A DNA stretch of 37,603 nt from a virus: IMG/VR virus record IMGVR_UViG_3300018494_000062; one strand, 5' to 3'. The notes below the pieces were generated by a model that was not told where the DNA came from, made no database searches, and saw only the letters and a list, made by a program, of their open reading frames with translations. Below, piece by piece: positions 24,974 to 32,877 of the stretch. The translations under genes and the position numbers were made by a program. Numbering within the stretch: the stretch's first letter is position 1; each line of letters opens with the position of its first letter.

Positions 24974-25080
24974 TTAATAATAACACACTTTAAAAGTGAA
25001 ATGTGGTACAAAAAAGTAAAAACAAGGACAAATTTTTGCATTTTGGATAATTTCAGTACAATCAAGGACATTTAAGGACA
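24974..25080 (-). promoter_or_regulatory. Candidate activator-dependent late promoter region upstream of terS
   Basis: Three TGTCCTT repeats on the minus strand (25080-25074, 25070-25064, 25030-25024). An extended -10 TGTTATTAT follows, with its TATTAT hexamer at 24982-24977. No good -35 is present. Confidence 0.4.
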
Positions 25081-25081
25081 T

Positions 25082-25261
25082 TCATGTCATTTCTTTTACA
25101 AGGTCATCAATGTCATTTCCTTCAATTTCATATAGATTCCCACAATAATCTCTGCTTGACACCAGGTCACATTTTTCTTCTTTCAATCTTTTTGCAAACT
25201 CTTTTACCCCTGCTTCATAACCATTTTTATATGCTTGTTCTGTTTTATCGTGTATGTACAT
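25082..25261 (-). CDS. 59-aa hypothetical protein
   Basis: My translation is MYIHDKTEQAYKNGYEAGVKEFAKRLKEEKCDLVSSRDYCGNLYEIEGNDIDDLVKEMT. GGAGTG SD lies 5 nt upstream. It is below the ORF-track cutoff. Confidence 0.55.
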   Translation of the reverse strand: MYIHDKTEQAYKNGYEAGVKEFAKRLKEEKCDLVSSRDYCGNLYEIEGNDIDDLVKEMT

Positions 25262-25272
25262 ATTATCACTCC

Positions 25273-25470
25273 TTACACATACTCTGCTTCACAACCTATG
25301 TATCTCAATAATACTAACGCAAAATGATACCCATATTCTGTGAATGTATATGCTTCTTCGTCTGTTTCAAAATCCCACACATATATATCATCATTGTCAA
25401 CCATAATGACATATCTACTCTCTTTATCATTTTTGCATATTTCAAGCCACTTTTTATCTTGTTCATTCAT
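25273..25470 (-). CDS. 65-aa hypothetical acidic protein
   Basis: ORF in the correct strand series with an SD-like GGAGTGGA upstream. No family recognised. Confidence 0.55.
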   Translation of the reverse strand: MNEQDKKWLEICKNDKESRYVIMVDNDDIYVWDFETDEEAYTFTEYGYHFALVLLRYIGCEAEYV

Positions 25471-25516
25471 TTATTATCCACTCCTTTGAATAATGAGATA
25501 GCATATACATATTTTT

Positions 25517-25990
25517 TCATCTTTCTGTTTCCCTTTCATCCAAAATCTTCTGAACATTCTTCAATGCCTGACCATGCACTGATTTTGCCCAATTGTATGA
25601 TCTTTCACATTTATCAGCAGCAACAGCCAAATCAATGTGTTTAATATAAACCTTGTGCAGAAGGTCATATTCTGCTGGATTCAGCTGTTCAATGACACTG
25701 ATGACATCTTTCTTAATCTCAATCAATTTATCAACACACCGGTCAATTTCGGCTTCTAAATCAACATATCTATGAATAGCATCAGCCATCTTTTGCTGAT
25801 TTCCTGATGATTGCACCTTTTCCATGTTCTGAAGTTCATATTTGTCTTTACCTTTTACTTTGACAAGAACAGTGTTTGCACCTGAAGTGACATTCATAGC
25901 AATGTTTTTCCACTGTTGTTTTTCAATCAGCTTGTTTTCAATCATCACATCCAGTTTTTTCACCTGATTCAAAAATTCTTTGGCTTCCAT
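25517..25990 (-). CDS. Late-gene transcriptional activator, sigma-70 region-4-like (DUF1492/RinA/ArpU-type)
   Basis: The N-terminus EFLNQVKKLDVMIENKLIEKQQW and the C-terminus LNPAEYDLLHKVYIKHIDLAVAADKCERSYNWAKSVHGQALKNV form an HTH. Its position just upstream of the packaging genes fits. Confidence 0.65.
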   Translation of the reverse strand: MEAKEFLNQVKKLDVMIENKLIEKQQWKNIAMNVTSGANTVLVKVKGKDKYELQNMEKVQSSGNQQKMADAIHRYVDLEAEIDRCVDKLIEIKKDVISVIEQLNPAEYDLLHKVYIKHIDLAVAADKCERSYNWAKSVHGQALKNVQKILDERETER

Positions 25991-26014
25991 CTGATCACCC
26001 TTCTTTCATTTTTA

Positions 26015-26161
26015 TCAAGACACTGGACACACTTGCAAAACAACCATTGCTGCAATCACAAATGCAAAACAAAATCCATAAATTTTAATTTCAACAGGTT
26101 CTTTGCCATTTGGCATGCAAAGGAATAATGCAACCGCTAAAAATCCAAGAAATATTTTCAT
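26015..26161 (-). CDS. 48-aa hydrophobic mini-protein
   Basis: My translation is MKIFLGFLAVALFLCMPNGKEPVEIKIYGFCFAFVIAAMVVLQVCPVS. GGGGGA SD upstream. Confidence 0.45.
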   Translation of the reverse strand: MKIFLGFLAVALFLCMPNGKEPVEIKIYGFCFAFVIAAMVVLQVCPVS

Positions 26162-26166
26162 AGTTT

Positions 26167-26328
26167 TCAAATCCCCCTTAAAATCAATGGTAATAGGTTA
26201 TAAATGACCATCAAAGTAATGGATGCAATGAAGCATTTGCCATATATCCATTGTGTAACACTGTTTTTTTCACTACTAAGCATCAAAAGAAACAATAATG
26301 TTGTTGAAATTCCTAAAAATATATTCAT
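26167..26328 (-). CDS. 53-aa hydrophobic mini-protein (paralogous N-terminus)
   Basis: My translation is MNIFLGISTTLLFLLMLSSEKNSVTQWIYGKCFIASITLMVIYNLLPLILRGI. GAAAGGATGA upstream. Confidence 0.45.
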   Translation of the reverse strand: MNIFLGISTTLLFLLMLSSEKNSVTQWIYGKCFIASITLMVIYNLLPLILRGI

Positions 26329-26362
26329 AATAAATTCATCCTTTCTTTGAAGTTAGACACCA

Positions 26363-27259
26363 TTATTCAGTGCCTAACTTCTTTTTTAATTCAATAACCT
26401 TTTGCATAATGTTTTCATCTGTTCCTGCTGTTGCAGGTGGATTCATCCGTTTTTCAAGCATTCTTCTTTCAAAATCATTCAATTGCCTGTTTTCGCTGTA
26501 ATTGTTGAACCCTGTTTTCTTGATTTGCTGTTGTTGTGGTCTTTCAGCATCTTTTCTTGCCCAGTTCCTTATTGTTGCATAGTGGCTTTTATATGCCTTG
26601 CCTGTGCTTGCTATGTATGAAGACAACCTTTCAATTCTTTCTTCACAATCAGGATATTCAGCTTGAAGTTTCTGCAATTCTTCATCTGTTAAAAGAACAT
26701 TGTTGTATTCACCATATTTGTGTTTGGAAGGTTTGACAGCTTTTTTCTTGTCAGATTCGGACAATATATATTTATTATTATCTTTTTCTAAATCTCTTTC
26801 TTTTTCTATATCTATATCTGTGTCTTGACTTGATTGACTTGTCATTGACATGTCATTGACATTCTTTTCAAGAAGTTTTTTTCTTGCCCTTGATTCTTGC
26901 TTTTTAATTCTGTTATATTCACGAATTTCAGCAAGTCTGTCTGTTGACTGCCACTTTTCCCATGATGAAAGACAAATGATGTCATCAACAATTTCAAGCA
27001 TCCCAAACCTTTGAAATGTTTTCAAAGCAACCCTTACAATGCCAATATCCATATTGAATTGATCTGCAAGCATTTCATCTGTGTATGGAATTTCAGGTGT
27101 GAAATAAATCATTCCAGATTCATTTGTTTCCCCTGCAAGACACATCAAGAAAATCCACATCAAAGCAATTGTGTCACCTTCAGGAAGTCTTCTGATCTGT
27201 TTTATTTTTCTGCTGTCAGGCAACCTTGTTGATAATTTGATCCATTTTACTTCAGCCAT
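26363..27259 (-). CDS. Phage replisome organiser (Phage_rep_org_N with a DnaD-like C-terminus)
   Basis: MAEVKWIKLSTRLPDSRKIKQIRRLPEGDTIALMWIFLMCLAGETNESG, and the C-terminus YGEYNNVLLTDEELQKLQAEYP...GKAYKSHYATIRNWARKD. Start moved to the ATG at 27259 (GGAAGGAAG SD). Confidence 0.85.
   Translation of the reverse strand: MAEVKWIKLSTRLPDSRKIKQIRRLPEGDTIALMWIFLMCLAGETNESGMIYFTPEIPYTDEMLADQFNMDIGIVRVALKTFQRFGMLEIVDDIICLSSWEKWQSTDRLAEIREYNRIKKQESRARKKLLEKNVNDMSMTSQSSQDTDIDIEKERDLEKDNNKYILSESDKKKAVKPSKHKYGEYNNVLLTDEELQKLQAEYPDCEERIERLSSYIASTGKAYKSHYATIRNWARKDAERPQQQQIKKTGFNNYSENRQLNDFERRMLEKRMNPPATAGTDENIMQKVIELKKKLGTE
26761..26864. repeat. AT-rich tract plus four TTGAC iterons (candidate origin of replication)
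   Basis: TTGAC occurs at 26825, 26834, 26845 and 26856 (spacing 9, 11, 11), within TTGACTTGATTGACTTGTCATTGACATGTCATTGACATT. An AT-rich run at 26761-26820 precedes it. Confidence 0.5.
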
Positions 27260-27449
27260 TGTTGGTCTTCCTTCCATCCTTTGTTGCAGTATTAAATACA
27301 GTGCAATCAACAACATTTCCGCTTTTTAGTTCATCTGTATCTATTGACCTGCTTGCCATGCTCATTCCTGTATTTTCATAAAATACATAATTTACAAAAA
27401 CACAAGCTGTGGTGTCTGGTATTTCTAATGTAATTTTCACATCAATCAC
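27252..27449 (-). CDS. 65-aa hypothetical protein
   Basis: ORF overlapping both neighbours by a few nt, an operon-style arrangement. No family recognised. Confidence 0.5.
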   Translation of the reverse strand: MIDVKITLEIPDTTACVFVNYVFYENTGMSMASRSIDTDELKSGNVVDCTVFNTATKDGRKTNNG

Positions 27450-27754
27450 CCTTCCCTTGCATATTCTCTGAATGCTTCTTCTTTTTTCATCTTGTATTTG
27501 TTCACCTTCACACTGCTTTGCAATTCAGGATGTGTTTCCTGAAGTTTCTGTCTTGTTCTTCTGACAGTTTCAATGTTTGGCAAGCCATAATGCTTCAATG
27601 AAGGTAAAACATCACACAAGGGCATTTTTAAGGCTTCAGGATTGACGATTTCACACACTTTCAAATATAAAAACATGTCACTGTTCCTTGCTTGCGGATA
27701 TTCCACCAAAACACCTTTCACAAGTGATGCTGTTTTTCTTATTTCATCCAACAA
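27446..27754 (-). CDS. 102-aa hypothetical protein
   Basis: ORF in the operon. The EYPQARNSDMFLYLKV motif recurs in Firmicutes phage early proteins (from memory). Function unknown. Confidence 0.5.
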   Translation of the reverse strand: MLDEIRKTASLVKGVLVEYPQARNSDMFLYLKVCEIVNPEALKMPLCDVLPSLKHYGLPNIETVRRTRQKLQETHPELQSSVKVNKYKMKKEEAFREYAREG

Positions 27755-28307
27755 TCACACACCCTTTCCAATGATTTATTTCACTTTTTGTTCTTGTAAC
27801 AGGAAAACAACCATATTTTTCAACTATTTTCTTTTGTTTTTCAAGCAATCCAGGTTGACGGAATACTTCATGCAATTCTTCATCACTGCATCTGTAAAGT
27901 CTTCTTAAATCCGCAATTTCTGTTCCAGTCAGCCAAAAGTTGCAAATGTTCCGCTTCTGTTCATCAGTGAAGTTTGTGGGTTTTAAGAATTTTTTTGAAT
28001 TTTTCCCATGAAATACAGATTCTTTTCTTAAAAGATTAAAATGCAACCTTCGCATTTTGGTTGCTTCAGTTGACCTATTAAGAACCTTTGCAAGCTGTTC
28101 ATCAGACATCATGTGATAGTTTTCAATAAGAAATTGGTCATCTTCTTTCAACCAGGGATTCTTGTGCCATCTTTTGTCTTTGCTTAAATTGTAAACATAT
28201 CTTAAATGCGTATATTCTTTTCTTGTGATGTTGTATTTGTTGCACATTTCCTTTTCCTTCGTGTATGGAAATTCTTCTATAAATTGTTTAAGTTCAGCAC
28301 TGGTCAA
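27744..28307 (-). CDS. Hypothetical protein with a Myb/SANT-like HTH segment
   Basis: WLKEDDQFLIENYHMMSDEQLAKVLNRSTEATKMRR fits the W..eED..L.......iA..l.Rs......R pattern. Confidence 0.45.
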   Translation of the reverse strand: MTSAELKQFIEEFPYTKEKEMCNKYNITRKEYTHLRYVYNLSKDKRWHKNPWLKEDDQFLIENYHMMSDEQLAKVLNRSTEATKMRRLHFNLLRKESVFHGKNSKKFLKPTNFTDEQKRNICNFWLTGTEIADLRRLYRCSDEELHEVFRQPGLLEKQKKIVEKYGCFPVTRTKSEINHWKGCVIVG

Positions 28308-28323
28308 TTTTGTCCACCTTCTT

Positions 28324-28686
28324 TCACACTTCCTTGATTCTTATTCCGTAAAAATACAGCATCAATTTTCTTTTGATTATGTAGTCTTTTGTTCTGAATC
28401 CTTTTGTGTCTTCCACAACCATTTTTCCATCTTCTTTATATACAAAGTCGGCAATGTATGCACATTCTTTTTCAATGGTCTTTCCTTTGTGGATGCCACC
28501 CCTTTTGCCAATTGTGTCAGCTTCCCTTTGTGCAGGAATCAGAACAAATTTGACTTGCCTTTTCAGTTCAGTGATTGCCCCTGCTTTTTCAAGCAGAAGC
28601 AACTCACTGTGTCTTTTGGCTTCCTTTTTGGAATCAAAGATGATGCCATCTATTTCAATTTTTTTGCTGTGATATTTGTTTCGCAC
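28324..28686 (-). CDS. DUF1064-like protein (predicted PD-(D/E)xK-type nuclease)
   Basis: RNKYHSKKIEIDGIIFDSKKEAKRHSELLLLEKAGAITELKRQVKFVL matches the DUF1064 pattern. GTG at 28686 follows AAGGCGGTGG. Alternative ATGs at 28722 and 28719 would overlap ssb. Confidence 0.7.
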   Translation of the reverse strand: MRNKYHSKKIEIDGIIFDSKKEAKRHSELLLLEKAGAITELKRQVKFVLIPAQREADTIGKRGGIHKGKTIEKECAYIADFVYKEDGKMVVEDTKGFRTKDYIIKRKLMLYFYGIRIKEV

Positions 28687-28702
28687 AGTTCCACCGCCTT
28701 TT

Positions 28703-29092
28703 TTAAAATGGAAGGTCATCATCCGCTGGTGTTGGAAGGTCACTGAATGGATCAGAAGCATTGCTTGCATTATTTGAACCGCTTGATTCAGATTTGCTTC
28801 CTGTGAAATACACTTCATCAACATTCACATCCGTTGTGTAGTGTGTTTGTCCGTCTTTTTCATAGCTTCCTGTTTGCAAACTTCCCACAACTGCAATCAT
28901 GCTGCCTTTGTTGAAGTATTTTGAAACAAATTCCGCTGTGCTTCGCCATGCAATGCAATTGATGAAATCAGCTTGTTCCCTGTCAAATCTTCTGTTCACT
29001 GCAACTGTAAAATTGACAACCGCAACCCCACTTGGTGTTTGCTTCAGTTCAACATCTTTTGTCAGTCTTCCAATTAAAATCACTTTATTCAT
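28703..29092 (-). CDS. ssb: Single-stranded DNA-binding protein
   Basis: MNKVILIGRLTKDVELKQTPSGVAVVNFTVAVNRRF is an OB fold. The acidic tip is DDDLPF. Confidence 0.93.
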   Translation of the reverse strand: MNKVILIGRLTKDVELKQTPSGVAVVNFTVAVNRRFDREQADFINCIAWRSTAEFVSKYFNKGSMIAVVGSLQTGSYEKDGQTHYTTDVNVDEVYFTGSKSESSGSNNASNASDPFSDLPTPADDDLPF

Positions 29093-29691
29093 ATTTCATC
29101 CCATCTTTTTTTTAACTGTTTTATAATTTCGCCACCATATGCATCTTCACAAAGGTCAATGAATTCATCCACTGTGAATGAATCATCAAATGTGATGTTG
29201 TTGTCCTGCATGAATGATTTTCTTCCCATTTCACAAGAACCAGTCAAATAATGATGCCAGTCAAAGAAATCCTTGCAAGGATATTTTTTGCCCTTTTTGA
29301 AAGTGTCAATGAATTTGTCAATGGCTTCATCAGTGTCCATGTTTTCAAACATTTTGCTTTGCAATGCTTGTCTTGCTTCCTTGACTGTTTCGCCGTGTGC
29401 AAAATATCCGCTTCCTTTAACAACAAAGCATGGTGTCAATGTCAGGTCATTTTGAAGGATGAATCCTTTTGCCAATGCACCTTTGATGTTTGTGATGATG
29501 GTCTGGATTCCATCAATCTTGTAAACTGGCATATTATTGAATACTTTTATGCCATCGCCATAGCCATCGCCATCGCCATCGCCAGAGCCAGAGCCATAGC
29601 CAGAGCCATCGCCAGAGCCATCGCCAGAGCCATAGCCATCGCCATAGCCAAATTCAACCTTCAGCCATTTTTCAATTTTTATCGCTTCCAT
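29089..29691 (-). CDS. Hypothetical protein with an N-terminal G-D/Y/S low-complexity tract
   Basis: The tract is GYGDGYGSGDGSGDGSGYGSGSGDGDGDGYGDG at aa 15-47, followed by a globular domain (FAHGETVKEARQAL...). No family name recalled. Confidence 0.6.
   Translation of the reverse strand: MEAIKIEKWLKVEFGYGDGYGSGDGSGDGSGYGSGSGDGDGDGYGDGIKVFNNMPVYKIDGIQTIITNIKGALAKGFILQNDLTLTPCFVVKGSGYFAHGETVKEARQALQSKMFENMDTDEAIDKFIDTFKKGKKYPCKDFFDWHHYLTGSCEMGRKSFMQDNNITFDDSFTVDEFIDLCEDAYGGEIIKQLKKRWDEI
29551..29649. repeat. Imperfect tri/hexanucleotide microsatellite (GCC-ATC/ATA/AGA)n
   Basis: The sequence is gccatcgccatagccatcgccatcgccatcgccagagccagagccatagccagagccatcgcc.... It encodes the G-D/Y/S tract of the 29089..29691 protein. 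Confidence 0.9.
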
Positions 29692-29975
29692 TCTGCCACC
29701 CCTTCAATGCTTCTGATTGATTTATCAGTGCAAAGGATGATTTCAATTGCATCAAGAATGATAATGTGGTCAACAATTACTGTGAATTTACATCTACTTG
29801 GATTTGTTGTTCCTTCAAGGGCAAGTTGTGAAATTGAAGCTGCACCATCCCAGTACCACAACCTTCTGCAATTTTCCAGTGTCACTTCTCTTCCTTCTTT
29901 TTTGGTGATTGTTCCAAAGAACACACCGCTTCTGTCACCTCTTACAATTACTTTTTTATTCATTAAATTTTCCAT
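29679..29975 (-). CDS. 98-aa hypothetical protein
   Basis: ORF in the operon. The RRLWYWDGAASISQLA motif recurs in phage early regions (from memory). Function unknown. Confidence 0.5.
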   Translation of the reverse strand: MENLMNKKVIVRGDRSGVFFGTITKKEGREVTLENCRRLWYWDGAASISQLALEGTTNPSRCKFTVIVDHIIILDAIEIILCTDKSIRSIEGVAEWKR

Positions 29976-30004
29976 TTTTTTAATTCCTTTCTATTCGTTT
30001 TTTA

Positions 30005-30910
30005 TTAGTTAAATAAAGCATCTTTTGCATCAGTGGATTCAATGTCAGAAGATTCAGTCATTTCATCCTGTGTTTCTTCCTGAACTGGCATTTCAATCAC
30101 ATCTGATTCTGTTTCAACATAGTTTTTTGTTCCGTCTTCGTTTATGACTGCATAATCAGCATCAAGTGCAGCAATCAATTCCGCTGAAAGAATTCCCCAT
30201 TTTGACAATAAGTGTTTTATCAATGTTTTTTCTGCCATTCCTGCAAAATTTGAATACCAATATGAAGAATATTTCCACATTTCACTTGCAGGAATTTCAC
30301 CATTTTTCAATTTGTTGTATGCTTCCAAACTGAATGCTTGTGAATACTGGTCTGCATGTCTTTCCATTTTGGCTTTTGTCCAGTACACAGATTTTCTGAA
30401 TCCGTTTAAAAGTTCAAAATATGCCATATATCCAACAACATTCAATGATTCTCTTTCATCATCATCTTCAATGAATTCAAATACTTGTTTGCCTGTGTGT
30501 TTATCTCTGCCCTTGTATTCACCTTCACGAATTTCAATGAAGTCAATGTCTTTATATTGACCAGTTCGCATTGCAAGCTGTTTATATCCGTTTGCACCAA
30601 GTTGGAATTGTGCTTCTTTCACACCTTTTTTCTTGTTATTGAATGGAATGATCCAGTATTGACCTAAAGAAGCAGAAGGTGAAAGATTCAACGATTCACC
30701 AAGCAAAGCTGCTTGAAGAATTGAAGGTTGTGTGCATTCCTGCAATGCTGGATTTGCTTGCACTGATGACACAACTGCTGTGATGAAGGAAATCCCCCTT
30801 TTGCTTCCTAAAATAGAATTGATTTGATTTTTGACTGCATCCTGGTTCAAGTATGCTGCCATTCCCAATCTTCCGTTTGATTTTTTTACTAAAGAATTAT
30901 TTACTGCCAT
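30005..30910 (-). CDS. recT: RecT-family single-strand annealing recombinase
   Basis: SILQAALLGESLNLSPSASLGQYWIIPF...QFQLGANGYKQLAMRTGQYKDI. Start moved to the ATG at 30910 (GTGGGGAAAAC SD). The track's N-terminal extension overlaps the upstream ORF. Confidence 0.88.
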   Translation of the reverse strand: MAVNNSLVKKSNGRLGMAAYLNQDAVKNQINSILGSKRGISFITAVVSSVQANPALQECTQPSILQAALLGESLNLSPSASLGQYWIIPFNNKKKGVKEAQFQLGANGYKQLAMRTGQYKDIDFIEIREGEYKGRDKHTGKQVFEFIEDDDERESLNVVGYMAYFELLNGFRKSVYWTKAKMERHADQYSQAFSLEAYNKLKNGEIPASEMWKYSSYWYSNFAGMAEKTLIKHLLSKWGILSAELIAALDADYAVINEDGTKNYVETESDVIEMPVQEETQDEMTESSDIESTDAKDALFN

Positions 30911-31121
30911 TTTTGTTTTCCCCACTTTCATTTTTAAAATATAAATTATCAAGCAATCTGATTTCTTCGCATGACAGACTGCCATATTCTTTTGCTTTTT
31001 CATGAATCACATTTTTCAGTGCATTTCCGTCATGTGCTGCAACCAGCAATTCATTGTGTCTTTCCTTGCTTATTACATCAAATTCAGCAAAGAATTCACC
31101 CAAAGGTTTAAAATCCACCAT
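30897..31121 (-). CDS. 74-aa hypothetical protein
   Basis: ORF in the operon, overlapping the recT start by 14 nt. Confidence 0.5.
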   Translation of the reverse strand: MVDFKPLGEFFAEFDVISKERHNELLVAAHDGNALKNVIHEKAKEYGSLSCEEIRLLDNLYFKNESGENKNGSK

Positions 31122-31124
31122 TTT

Positions 31125-31436
31125 TCATCTTCCTTCCTTTTTGAATGTTTCGCCAGTGTAACAATCTTTTATTTCTTGAACATCATTGTTCTTGAAGAAT
31201 TCAACCCATTTGTCATGTGTTTTTTGTGCTTCTTCTTTTGTATCTGACCATTCAAGAATGATCCAATCATCATTGTTAAATTCTTTATGTTTCACAGCTG
31301 TTTCATAAGGTTGTTTCCTATCTGTCACATAAGCTGTGTCAATGGTAAACAAATCATTTTCAAAGTTGTCAACACACCTTTGTTCATAGTTGCCTGCCAT
31401 GCTCAACATAGCAAGTAAATTTTCAAACATTTTCAT
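31125..31436 (-). CDS. 103-aa hypothetical protein
   Basis: ORF in the operon. The DTAYVTDRKQPYETAVKH motif is common in phage early regions (from memory). Confidence 0.5.
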   Translation of the reverse strand: MKMFENLLAMLSMAGNYEQRCVDNFENDLFTIDTAYVTDRKQPYETAVKHKEFNNDDWIILEWSDTKEEAQKTHDKWVEFFKNNDVQEIKDCYTGETFKKEGR

Positions 31437-31447
31437 CTTCCTTTCGT

Positions 31448-32233
31448 CTATATAGCTTCAAATTTGATGTTTCTGTTCATAAAGAATCCTTTTAATGCCA
31501 CCGCATCAGCTGTTGTCAACCAGCATCTGAAACAAACTTCTTGAAGTTTTTGTGCTTCTGGTGTTTCTGGTGCTTCAGTTGGTGCAACCTTTTCAGATGC
31601 TTGTTTCATTGTTTCTTCCTGTTCTGCTTTTTTCTTCTGTATGTCAGACAGTCTTTTTCCTTCCTGAATGGCTTTGTTTATGTCCAGTGATGTTTTGTAT
31701 GCTTCAACCGCTTCAAAGCTGAATTCAGGTAAATTTTGAAGTGTGGCAAGGTTTGCATCAATTGTTTCAAGTATTGTGATGATTTCAGAAGTCACACTTT
31801 TCATGCTTACCGACACATTCAGCCATTTTGGATTGAATATCTGTTCAAGTGTCAACCATTCTGGCTTTGTAAATGAATCAAAGCATTCTTCAATTTCTTT
31901 GTGTTTTTCTTGCTTTTTAAATTCATCAAATTCTTTGATTTGTCCGTCTATCATCAAAACTGGCTTGTCAATGATTGCAATGATTTCATTCACTTGCTGT
32001 TTGAACTCATTGAATGGCTGCATGTACTCTTTTTCAAGTCTGTTCCTTTCATCATTCAATGCTTTCTTTAACTTTCTTAAATTGGCAACATCTTCTTTTG
32101 CCGTTTTTATTTCCGCTTCACTGTAAACCATAGTTTCATATTTTTGAATCTTTGCTGACAGTTCCGTTTTCAATTCTTCATAATTGAATCGTATTGCTTC
32201 AGGAAGCATGATTTCATTCACTTTTAATTCCAT
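31448..32233 (-). CDS. DUF1351-like protein (recombination-module accessory)
   Basis: LPEAIRFNYEELKTELSAKIQKYETMVYSEAEIKTAKEDVANLRKLKKALNDER is typical of DUF1351 proteins found next to recT. Confidence 0.65.
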   Translation of the reverse strand: MELKVNEIMLPEAIRFNYEELKTELSAKIQKYETMVYSEAEIKTAKEDVANLRKLKKALNDERNRLEKEYMQPFNEFKQQVNEIIAIIDKPVLMIDGQIKEFDEFKKQEKHKEIEECFDSFTKPEWLTLEQIFNPKWLNVSVSMKSVTSEIITILETIDANLATLQNLPEFSFEAVEAYKTSLDINKAIQEGKRLSDIQKKKAEQEETMKQASEKVAPTEAPETPEAQKLQEVCFRCWLTTADAVALKGFFMNRNIKFEAI

Positions 32234-32264
32234 TTCATTTCAATTCCTTTCGTTTTTTCTTTTA

Positions 32265-32864
32265 TTAAATCCACTTAATTTGCGGATTGCCTTTGAACCC
32301 TTTCACCCACACAAACCATGCATAGCAGACCGCCTTTGATGGTTTTTCAGGTTTGATTCCATTCTTCCAACAATCAATTCTATTTCTGAACACATAGATT
32401 GTTTTTGGTGGATATTTGTCAAACAACCCTTTTCTTTTGATTCCTTCCAAAAATGTCAACTTCAGAAACATTGCAATCTTCACTGATTCTTGTGAAATAT
32501 CAAGTGCATGTTCAACAAATTCTTTTGCTTGTGCATAAGGTGGATTTGTGATGATGTCCCTGCTATTTCTCGGCACTGAACCTGACTTCAAAAAGTCTTC
32601 AGTCAGTTGTTGGTTCTCATATCCCCTGTGAACAATGTCTGAAGATATAACATCATAGCCATGATTCAATAGAACTTCAGAAATGTGACCTTCACCGCAT
32701 GCAGGTTCAAGAATATAGTGAAAAAATTCTTCTTTTTCAAGAAGTTTTTCAACCGCATCAGGATCTGTTGCATAATAATCATAATCAGCACGAACACCTT
32801 CTGAATGATTGCTTGCACCATGTGTTGCATATATTGATGTTGTGTTTCCTGTCCAATCTTTCAT
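32265..32864 (-). CDS. Orphan DNA methyltransferase (NPPY class: N6-adenine or N4-cytosine)
   Basis: SAM motif I is ILEPACGEGHIS and catalytic motif IV is IITNPPYA. No cognate endonuclease gene lies nearby. Confidence 0.8.
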   Translation of the reverse strand: MKDWTGNTTSIYATHGASNHSEGVRADYDYYATDPDAVEKLLEKEEFFHYILEPACGEGHISEVLLNHGYDVISSDIVHRGYENQQLTEDFLKSGSVPRNSRDIITNPPYAQAKEFVEHALDISQESVKIAMFLKLTFLEGIKRKGLFDKYPPKTIYVFRNRIDCWKNGIKPEKPSKAVCYAWFVWVKGFKGNPQIKWI

Positions 32865-32877
32865 TTTGTTTTCCTTT

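Noticed and set aside
24886-25071. 61-aa minus-strand ORF in the terS upstream region
   Set aside because: It has no SD and overlaps the terS start and the putative late promoter and repeats. The product is hydrophobic, low-complexity sequence. The region is better explained as regulatory DNA.
29551-29649. Possible CRISPR array or other non-coding repeat array
   Set aside because: The period is 3-18 nt with no spacers. It lies entirely inside an ORF and keeps the reading frame. It is a coding microsatellite, not a CRISPR array.
29251-30012. 253-aa plus-strand ORF containing an (AIAR)n tract
   Set aside because: It is the antisense reading of the GDGYGS microsatellite and of two well-supported minus-strand genes. 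It has no SD, and the composition is an artefact of the repeat.
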